From Tubiluchus corallicola (lineage: Eukaryota; Animalia; Priapulida): a stretch of DNA of 12,572 bases. The notes beneath the pieces were generated by a model, which did not search any database, had not been told where the DNA came from, and was given only the letters and a program-made list of their open reading frames with translations. Below, in pieces: positions 1-9,018 of the stretch. A program made the translations under genes and the position numbers. The stretch is from the NCBI GenBank assembly GCA_030141605.1, contig JAQGDQ010002157.1, positions 1 through 12,572 of the forward strand. The letters are read 5' to 3'. Each line of letters begins with the position of its first letter. Position 1 is the stretch's first letter.

Positions 1-3
1 AGT

Positions 4-419
4 CACTATAACCTTTCTCAACAAAGAACAATTACAGAATGCAAAAAATACATCCGCAAAAGGTGCGATCTTGTTTATATAACAAGTTTGTGCAAAGAAA
101 TTGAAGTATTTAGTTGATAAGAGAGATATGAAAATTTACACTATAACCTTTCTCAACAAAGAACAATTACAGAATGCAAAAAATACATCCGCAAAAGGTG
201 CGATCTTGTTTATATAACGAGTTTGTGCAAAGAAATTGAAGTATTTAGTTGATAACAAAGGTATGAAAACTTACACTATAACCTCTCTGAACAAAGAACA
301 ACTACAAAACGCAAAAAATACATCTGCAAAAGGTACGATCTTGCTTATATAACGAGTTTGTGAAAAGAAATTGAAGTATTTAGTTGATAACAAAGATATG
401 AAACTTACACTATAACCTT
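4..419. repeat. 135-bp tandem repeat, about 3.1 copies (may continue left of the window)
   Basis: CACTATAACC recurs at 4, 139, 274 and 408, with near-identical intervening sequence. Confidence 0.95.
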
Positions 420-720
420 CGTTTCAACACAAACTGAATCTCGTCGTCTCCAATATCTAAGCCAAGATAAACACCAAATCATACACCTTTACATCTTGTT
501 GTATATCTAAACAAATTCCTGCTTTAAAAACTCAAACACCGAAAAGTTTATTTAATAAGTGCGCCCGACGTTTCACATACTTTGCAGCCTCACCTGATTC
601 TACACCTATCAGCGGCGCTTGATTTGTGCATGTCAGAGGATGCGGAGACAGACTAGCAAGATTATAGACACGCTTCGTGGAGCATCTCACACGTGGCGGA
701 TGGTTGCTCATAATCCCAGC

Positions 721-1124
721 CACGGGGCGCATCCAGATCTCACGAGGCCCTAGGCTGATAGATCTGTCCTGCCCATCTCTATTGTAAATTTACGGTTGTT
801 TATGTAATGAGCAGATTAAACAATTACTTGTGGTGTATTAGAAATATTATTAACCTAATTTCTACGTTTTCATTATTAATTACATGTATTTGCCTAGGCT
901 TATAGTCAAGCAGGCTGGGCAACTGCTTGTTGTGTAATACCTTGCACCTGTTCGTTATGTAGCACTTATATAAGAAATTAAATCAGTAACTACCTGTGGT
1001 GTGTTATAAAATGTGCTCTACGTGAATATGTAAATATACACATTTTCCGAGAAGTATAAGAATTTTTTTCCTAAAATACGAGGCCCCTTAAACTTTTGCG
1101 CCCTAGGGTATAGCTACGCCCCTG
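721..1124. mobile_element. Non-autonomous hAT-type DNA transposon (MITE), about 404 bp
   Basis: Imperfect TIRs (CACGGGGCGCATC... / ...GCTACGCCCCTG), 8-bp TSD with one mismatch (ATCCCAGC 713-720 / ATCTCAGC 1125-1132), subterminal ACGAGGCCCCT near both ends, AT-rich non-coding interior. Confidence 0.7.
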
Positions 1125-1384
1125 ATCTCAGCTTGAAGAGTTGATTAATTTCAGATGCAGAGCTGTCAATAAAGCCAGCATCAGCATCAGCAACAGACAG
1201 AGTTTTCAAAGTCAAGTGTTTTCGTCTACTTTGTTTTCGTGACACGATGATTGTGATGTACGATGTAGTTAATCATAACTGATAGAATCTATGGCTGTAA
1301 CAATAGTTACACAGATCAGTCACATTAGTGGAGGCTCGTATCTAAAATTTGTAGGGGGCGCTGCTTCAGAAAATTTTAGACATT

Positions 1385-1439
1385 TGTATGTATGTATGTA
1401 TGTATGTATGTATGTATGTATGTATGTATGTATGTATGT

Positions 1440-1538
<99 letters not shown>

Positions 1539-1858
1539 ATGTATGTATGTATGTATGTATGTATGTATGTATGTATGTATGTATGTATGTATGTATGTAT
1601 GTATGTATGTATGTATGTATGTATGTATGTATGTATGTATGTATGTATGTATGTATGTATGTATGCATGTATGCATGTATGTATGTATGCATGTATGTAT
1701 GTATGCATGTATGTATGCATGTATGTATGCATGTATGTATGCATGTATGCATGTATGCATGTATGTATGTATGCATGTATGTATGTATGTATGTATGTAT
1801 GTATGTATGTATGTATGTATGTATGTATGTATGTATGTATGTATGTATGTATGTATGT
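1385..1858. repeat. Compound microsatellite (TATG)n-(TG)n-(TATG/CATG)n
   Basis: Directly visible; on the minus strand it follows AATAAA at the end of a LINE remnant, so it is probably the LINE tail. Confidence 0.98.
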
Positions 1859-2332
1859 TTATTGACTAAAACAAGTTACATGTGTACACGAGGAACGAGG
1901 TAAATGCCACAATCGATACATTAGTGATTTTAGTCCAGATTGTCACTTTACGTACATTTCCTACTCAAGGTTATAGCATTAAAAACAGTGTTATGCATAC
2001 AAGGTACATCAGCATAAAAGTTGCAAAATTTCATAAGATATTATATAACAATTAGCGTGCTCAAAGAAGTGAGTTAAATCAGCAAAGATTACATTGTCGT
2101 AGCGGTTTCTAATATTTGATGTTAGGGGGCGTGTCTGTACAACGTGTTTCTCAGTTTGAATGTCCCCACAAGGACATAACCTATTTTCCCTTGGCTGTCT
2201 CGCCTATCTACCCGTTTCTATCCGCAGCCTCTGAGACTGAAGACGCATTCTTGTGAAGCTTATCCGATGATGCTCAAATATTGTCGATTCAAAACGAGGA
2301 GTTTCGAGACCGGGGTTCAATTCCAAGTAGGT
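1858..2332 (-). mobile_element. 5'-truncated non-LTR retrotransposon 3' end (ORF2 C-terminal zinc-knuckle region, RTE-X-like), decayed
   Basis: Minus frame 2332-2009 reads TYLELNPGLETPRFESTIFEHHRISFTRMRLQSQRLRIETGR*ARQPRENRLCPCGDIQTEKHVVQTRPLTSNIRNRY...EILQLLC*, matching the LINE pattern FTRxRLSSHxLxIETGRW...RLCxCG..QxExHV...CP. Internal TAG at 2206-2204 replaces W and the last Cys is Arg. The 3' UTR ends in AATAAA plus (CATA)n. Confidence 0.8.
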
Positions 2333-2389
2333 TAAAAACAACACAACTTTATTAAAACCTTTTACAAGTTAAAAACTAAAAGTTGTAAT

Positions 2390-2432
2390 CCTGCCAGCTG
2401 TTTCGACCAGCTGCTGTTGTCATCATCAGTGG
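2390..2432 (-). ncRNA. Degenerate Penelope-type hammerhead ribozyme motif
   Basis: Minus strand CCA-CTGATGA-T-GAC...GTC-GAAA-CAGCTG-GC-AGG: both core boxes, a GAC/GTC stem II and a palindromic CAGCTG helix III are present, but the cleavage triplet is GGC rather than GUC and stem I is weak. Confidence 0.65.
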
Positions 2433-2531
2433 TAAATTTACAAACATACAACCAGTTTATATAGGCAGAGTCTCTTATGCACTAATTAAGTAGTTAACAG
2501 AAGCCAAATAGATAATGAATAACGGGCCAGT

Positions 2532-2712
2532 AAAGAAATTGATGCAGTAAATTATGTACTAATTATGTATTTATAAAAAGTCAAATAGGTAATGATTAAG
2601 CAGACCTGTAGAAAAGAAATTGATACAGTAAATTATGTACTAATTATGTATTTACAAAAAGTCGAATAGGTAATGATTAAGCAAACCTGTAGAAACGAAA
2701 TTGATACAGTAA
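2532..2712. repeat. 81-bp tandem duplication (about 2.2 copies) within the PLE 3' UTR
   Basis: GAAATTGAT recurs at 2535, 2616 and 2697. Confidence 0.9.
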
Positions 2713-3290
2713 CAAATAGCTGAGTGCTTGAGAATAAAGTTAATAGAATTGAACTACTTTGTACATTAAGAGAAGGCTTATTAGGGCACATAGATAAACT
2801 TCCTTTTATTAATAAGTTCCAGTTATTTGTAGTTCTGGTTGCATTGCTGAAATTATTAAAATTAGCTTTGTGACCAGAGACAGAAATATGGTCATTAATG
2901 CTGGATTGAGGAGATTTTTTTAATTTTTGCCAGTTCTAATTTTAGCCATTCTTTTAATACTGCGTAAAACGGAACAAACATTATTATGTAATTTTAATGT
3001 TATAATTTGAAATAAAAAACATGTATGAGCGACAGTACTTTCTGCGCATGGCCGCATGCGCACAACAGCATTCCTGGAGCGTACTGTGCTGGGCTGTGAA
3101 GCAAACAGTATCACCCTCGAGTGCTCTGGTTCGGTATAAAGTACAAAGAAAGAACCAAAGAAAAAAGATTTATTATATTGAATGTTATCGATAATATTAA
3201 ATGAAAACAGGGGGTGCTGCTGTTCCACGTACCTATACACGAGCTGCCACTGGTCGCGAAAAATTCTTGACGAGTTCATTCGCCAGCCCT

Positions 3291-4943
3291 TCATCAGCTG
3301 AATAGAAAGTGCTGGGAACTTGAGATTCATAGCTTCAAATATTATAATATTTATTCAGTAGCTTTCTCCCTGACGGGCCTCATCAGCTGAATAGAATGTG
3401 CTGGTAACTTGAGATTCATAGTTTCAAAGATTATAATATTTATTCAGTAGCTTTCTCCCTGACGGGCCTCATCAGCTGAATAGAAAGTGCTGGTAACTTG
3501 AGATTCATAGCTTCAAAGATTATAACATTTATTCAGTAGCTTTCTCCTCACGGGCCTCATCAGCTGAATAGAAAGTGCTGGGAACTTGAGATTCATAGCT
3601 TCAAAGATTATAATATTTGTTCAGTAGCTTTCTCCCTGACGGGCCTCATCAGCAGAATAGAAAGTGCTGGTAACCTGAGATTCATAGTTTCAAAGATTAT
3701 AATATTTATTCAGTAGCTTTCTCCCTGACGGGCCTCATCAGCTGAATAGAAAGTGCTGGTAACTTGAGATTCATAGCTTCAAATATTATAATATTTATTC
3801 AGTAGCTTTCTCCCTGACGGGCCTCATCAGCTGAATAGAAAGTGCTGGGAACTTGAGATTCATAGCTTCAAGTATTATAATATTTATTCAGTAGCTTTCT
3901 CCCTGACGGGCCTCATCAGCTGAATAGAAAGTGCTGGGAACTTGAGATTCATAGTTTCAAAGATTATAACATTTATTCAGTAGCTTTCTCCCTGACGGGC
4001 CTCATCAGCTGAATAGAAAGTGCTGGGAACTTGAGATTCATAGCTTCAAATATTATAATATTTATTCAGTAGCTTTCTCCCTGACGGGCCTCATCAGCTG
4101 AATAGAAAGTGCTGGGAACTTGAGATTCATAGCTTCAAAGATTATAATATTTATTCAGTAGCTTTCTCCCTGACGGGCCTCATCAGCCGAATAGAAAGTG
4201 CTGGTAACTTGAGATTCATAGCTTCAAATATTATAATATTTATTCAGTAGCTTTCTCCCTGACGGGCCTCATCAGCTGAATAGAAAGTGCTGGTAACTTG
4301 AGATTCATAGTTTCAAAGATTATAATATTTATTCAGTAGCTTTCTCCCTGACGGGCCTCATCAGCTGAACAGATTGGCTGGTAACTTGAGATTCATAGCT
4401 TCAAAGATTATAACATTTGTTCAGTAGCTTTCTCCCTGACGGGCCTCATCAGCTGAATAGAAAGTGCTGGTAACTTGAGATTCATAGCTTCAAAGATTAT
4501 AATATTTATTCAGTAGCTTTCTCCCTGACGGGCCTCATCAGCTGAATAGAAAGTGCTGGGAACTTGAGATTCATAGTTTCAAAGATTATAATATTTATTC
4601 AGTGGCTTCCTCCCTGACGGGCCTCATCAGCTGAATAGAAAGTGCTGGTAACCTGAGATTCATAGCTTCAAAGATTATAATATTTATTCAGTAGCTTTCT
4701 CCCTGACGGGCCTCATCAGCAGAATAGAAAGTGCTGGTAACTTGAGATTCATAGTTTCAAAGATTATAATATTTATTCAGTAGCTTTCTCCCTGACGGGC
4801 CTCATCAGCTGAATAGAAAGTGCTGGTAACTTGAGATTCATAGTTTCAAAGATTATAATATTTATTCAGTAGCTTCCTCCCTGACGGGCCTCATCAGCAG
4901 ATTATAATATTTATTCTGTAGCTTTCTCCCTGACGGGCCTCAT
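3291..4943 (-). repeat. 89-bp satellite, 18 full units plus an internally deleted terminal unit, each carrying a hammerhead motif
   Basis: CCTCATCAGC recurs at 3378, 3467, 3555, 3644 ... 4800, 4889 (period 89, twice 88); the last unit is shortened to about 49 bp. Confidence 0.98.
3352..3393 (-). ncRNA. Minimal type I hammerhead ribozyme motif (first of 18 tandem copies)
   Basis: Minus strand UAUUCAG-CUGAUGA-GG-CCC-GUCA-GGG-A-GAAA-GC-UA-CUGAAUA: perfect 7-bp stem I, CUGAUGA and GAAA core boxes, CCC/GGG stem II with a 4-nt loop, palindromic AGCU helix III, NUH triplet CUA. The canonical G10.1-C11.1 pair is replaced by G.A. Confidence 0.8.
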
Positions 4944-5204
4944 TGTTATTGGTAGCCACTAAGTCTTGTATTTTACCGTATTTTACTTGAATTCATGTTA
5001 AATTCAACGTGAATTAAAGTTTAATACAAATTTAATTAGATAAATTACTCCCGCGTAAGCTCTGATTACATGAACATAATGTGTTTTTATTTTTATTCTT
5101 TGTTTCATTTTTCCCTTTTTTTCAATGCATGGAGTCATATTTGTGTCCTTTTTCTTTAAATAGCTGATTGTTGGCAAATAGGTAGATGCTAGTGTTAAAT
5201 AGCT

Positions 5205-6003
<799 letters not shown>

Positions 6004-6427
6004 AAGCATTCAGCACCTACAATGGTAACACCAAGAAAAACAACAAGCATTTTTGCAATCTTTGGCTAATCTTCATCGAGACCGTTACCATCGTAAGTTC
6101 AGGTGATGTGATGTTGACTGTAACATACGTTATTTTATTAGTAGGTTTCTGTTGGTGTGAAATGGGCTTTACAGGAAAAATGCTTACAAATTTTTTGCAA
6201 AGCGGTGTAGCAAGGACAGAAGTAAAACCAGATGACATCGCGTAACGCGTCATTACCTACTTGTGAAGATCAATTCACATACACTTTCGCCATCTGGTGA
6301 GCATTTTGCAAGTTTTTCTGTCGTTTGTTGTTAATCTGTTCTAGCCTGTTATAATTGTTCAGTCAAAATCTATTAAAAACCAGGAAAGTTAAGCAAAACG
6401 TATTTAAAGGAAAAGATACGTCGCCTG

Positions 6428-6534
6428 GCATGTTGGATTTGTTTTACTGTTATCATTTAAACTGTTTGTGGTGTGCTAAGGAAAGAACAGGTCACTCAGC
6501 ATGTTGGGTTTGTTTTACTGTTATCATTTAAACT
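6428..6534. repeat. About 36-bp direct repeat, two copies 71 bp apart
   Basis: GCATGTTGG(A/G)TTTGTTTTACTGTTATCATTTAAACT at 6428 and 6499. Confidence 0.85.
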
Positions 6535-7076
6535 TAGAAAAATACAAGAAAGAGATTTGCAAAAAAACTCCCTATAAAGCATAAACTTATTTTATATTAA
6601 CACAGAAATATAAAGGAATTTTAATGCGCGGTTATTACGTAACTGGTCGACTTCGTTACTTTTCGTAAGCACATCGTGACTTTCCGTAAGCGCGTTTTGT
6701 TTAAACTAATTTAAACTTCTGCAGTTTACCTAATGTTCATAAAAAGAGCCCTGTAAATTTTTGTAAATTTCGAGGGAAATTGACAGAGCTTTTTGTCAGC
6801 ATTTTAATGACGTCATTGGTGGAAGCATGGGAACGCCAAACTTTGAAAAGATTGTGACTTTAAAATGATTTTACTAATTAGACGAGGCACTTCTTACACT
6901 TCCTTTATAGAATTATTCGTTTTTCGCGTAGACTGAAATAAGCCGGAGCTTTCAGAATGATTGATCTTTCCTTTAATAACGAGTGTAATAAGTAGAGTGA
7001 TGCATAAATAGTTAGAAACTACCCTAACATGTGGCCTTGAAACTTTTGAACACGTCCTCGGGAAACAGTAAACATC

Positions 7077-7078
7077 AA

Positions 7079-7143
<65 letters not shown>

Positions 7144-7166
7144 AAATAAATAAGTGATTGGATGAA

Positions 7167-7263
<97 letters not shown>

Positions 7264-7286
7264 AAATAAATAAGTGATTGGATGAA

Positions 7287-7383
<97 letters not shown>

Positions 7384-7406
7384 AAATAAATAAGTGATTG
7401 GATGAA

Positions 7407-7489
<83 letters not shown>

Positions 7490-7513
7490 GTAGATAAATA
7501 GATATATAAATAA
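7077..7513. repeat. (TAAA)n microsatellite with a 120-bp higher-order repeat
   Basis: The interruption ATTAAATAAATAAGTGATTGGATG occurs at exactly 7141, 7261 and 7381. Confidence 0.97.
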
Positions 7514-7559
7514 AAAAGTGCATTGGCCATGTTGCTGAAAATGCCTACTAAACAAATAA

Positions 7560-7700
7560 CCGAGTGACGTAGCTCAATGGTAGCGTGCTCGCTTGCCACT
7601 CGAGGGGTTCTGGGTTCAACTCCTGATAGAGTCATACCAAGAACTTGAAAATGGTACTGCTGCTTCTTCGACCAAGCGCACGGGTTTACTCGAAGTAACA
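7560..7700 (+). mobile_element. tRNA-derived SINE (MetaSINE-like core), 3' boundary uncertain
   Basis: Pol III A box TAGCTCAATGG (7570-7580) and B box GGTTCAACTCC (7613-7623), followed by GTCATACCAAGAACTTGAAAATGGTACTGCTGCTTC, which resembles the Meta/MESC SINE core as I recall it. No intact tRNA acceptor stem. Confidence 0.75.
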
Positions 7701-7772
7701 TACGGGTAATAATAATAGCGATTACCTTGGAAAAAAGTATTGAGTACTTAATGTGTTGTCTTTGGACTATTA

Positions 7773-8106
7773 CAGTGGTTCCCAAACTTTCTCGGACCGT
7801 TACCCAATTCGGGAAACCCGGTCGTGTCCATCACCCCCCACCTAGTACTGCTTCTCCAACTCAAAAAGTAAACACACGTATATGCCACAAGCAAGCAAAA
7901 TTATTCATGTTTGCTCGTGACATAAATAAATTTCCAGGTGTTGTTGTATTGCCTGCCGGAGGCAGTCTCTTCAAGAAGAAAACAACGTAAAATGCCTTCC
8001 GCGCGAAGTTTTAAAAATTTTCAGAGGCGCGCCCGTTACCGCCCCCCCCCCAAAAAAAACCATATTATCCCCGGGGGGTAATTTACCCCTACTTTGGGAA
8101 CCACTG
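7773..8106. mobile_element. hAT (Charlie-like) MITE, 334 bp
   Basis: Perfect 14-bp TIRs CAGTGGTTCCCAAA / TTTGGGAACCACTG and a perfect 8-bp TSD GACTATTA (7765-7772, 8107-8114); subterminal palindrome GGGGTAATTTACCCC. Confidence 0.95.
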
Positions 8107-8400
8107 GACTATTAGGAGAAAAGTAGAAGTTTTAGCTTTCAGTTTATTACTTAAGCAGGGAAATTTTAAGTAATTTTTGTACAAAATTGGGCAGGTTCCT
8201 AATAGCACCTGTAACTGCTTTTTAAGCCCTCAGACTGTACATGATTCATTACTTGAATGTACACTAGTAAACCAAGCCAAAAGAAATGATTTTATTAGCA
8301 CTCTGCCTACCTTAGATTCGGACTATGTTTTCTCTATAGATTTCTCTTTCTTTCAATGCTATAATTCCTATCGTCTTTCGCCCGTATATAAACGCTGTTT
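8107..8400 (+). mobile_element. Decayed non-LTR retrotransposon ORF2 C-terminal zinc-knuckle remnant (I/R1-group-like)
   Basis: Frame from 8108 reads TIRRKVEVLAFSLLLKQGNFK*FLYKIGQVPNSTCNCFLSPQTVHDSLLECTLVNQAKR, resembling the RLRxGH..LN.FL.KIG...S..CxC....QT..H.L.EC tail of LINE ORF2; it has an in-frame stop and a degenerate His. Confidence 0.65.
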
Positions 8401-8847
8401 TTCATTGTGTATAATGTGTGTAAATTTTTGTTGCCAAGTATTAAAATATGTTCGTTATAGTTTATTATGTATGTATGTAGTGTTGGATTATAATTTGTAA
8501 CTATGTCTATTGTACATGATCGTTGTCATTCAATGTTTCTCATGTGTAGGATTCTAAATTATATATATATGTGAATAGGTTTAATACGTTGTAAATGCTT
8601 TTAGAAATTTTAAACATATCCCTACAAATAGAGGGAATGTATTCTGTACAAAGTTTTTAAAAATAAAGAATTATAATAATAATAATAGCTGGCAAAGGCC
8701 CCGCAAAAAATTTTGCGTATAAATACAGGTAGAATCAATAACACGCGAACATCCTACCTAGTGTTGTGTTTACTTACCTAACGCAAAGCCAGCAGCAGCA
8801 GCTTTTACTGAATTAAAGTTATAAGGTTATAGACAGAGCATAATGGA

Positions 8848-8910
8848 TGACGTCAGAACACTGAGGAGATGACATATTGTATGGTGACGCACAATCGTTG
8901 CCATGGAAAC
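8848..8910 (+). promoter_or_regulatory. Promoter cluster: full CRE, CRE-like site and RFX X-box
   Basis: TGACGTCA at 8848-8855, TGACGCA at 8885-8891, GTTGCCATGGAAAC at 8897-8910; 110-170 bp upstream of the ATG at 9019. Confidence 0.65.
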
Positions 8911-9018
8911 GATTCATCTCGCTCCAAGGCATCTCCAAAGCTCGAGGGAGTTGATTCTGATACTCGGCTGAGAAACGTGGTGCTGGACTTCTCTCCCTTT
9001 ATCGAGTAAAACAAGGAC

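Larger units (their letters stand above)
2333..2940 (-). mobile_element. Penelope-like element 3' fragment (GIY-YIG endonuclease C-terminus plus pseudo-LTR/3' UTR), decayed
   Basis: Minus strand 2940-2729, with one frameshift near 2924, gives RTGK/LKKSPQSSINDHISVSGHKANFNNFSNATRTTNNWNLLIKGSLSMCPNKPSLNVQSSSILLTLF, the typical PLE endonuclease tail (S.I.DH...GH...NF...L.IKESL.I...P.LN.Q..S..L.LF). It is followed by an AT-rich UTR, a hammerhead-like motif and AATAAA near 2350. Confidence 0.85.

Noticed and set aside
4-510. Minus-strand splice-like signals (GTAAGT donors near 274 and 408, pyrimidine-AG acceptors) in and beside the 135-bp repeat, suggesting duplicated small exons
   Set aside because: Signals are not conserved in all copies and I could not build a convincing stop-free spliced frame.
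532-732. 66-aa minus-strand ORF
   Set aside because: Its start codon lies inside the MITE terminus, removing the MITE does not extend the frame, and it has no recognisable motif.
1291-1903. Six overlapping ORFs (YVCM/HTYI repeats)
   Set aside because: Translations of a TATG/TG microsatellite that lacks stop codons.
2306-2324. B-box-like GGTTCAATTCC suggesting a tRNA or SINE
   Set aside because: No upstream A box; the sequence is explained as LINE coding sequence (ELNPGLE) on the opposite strand.
3250-3290. TCGCCAGCCCT resembling a hAT terminal inverted repeat at the left edge of the satellite
   Set aside because: No matching opposite terminus or TSD found in the window.
2920-3330. 136-aa minus-strand ORF
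   Set aside because: Chimeric: starts inside the satellite, crosses unrelated sequence, and only its last few residues belong to the PLE remnant.
3291-4943. CRISPR-like regularly spaced palindromic repeat
   Set aside because: No unique spacers (whole units are near-identical), no cas genes, eukaryotic context.
6560-6890. Possible DNA transposon remnant with a TGACA...TGTCA hairpin and TGACGTCA at 6808
   Set aside because: No TIR pair or TSD could be defined and no adjacent gene start supports a regulatory role.
6894-7785. YLFI-repeat ORFs of 209 and 236 aa
   Set aside because: Translations of (TTTA)n plus antisense SINE sequence.
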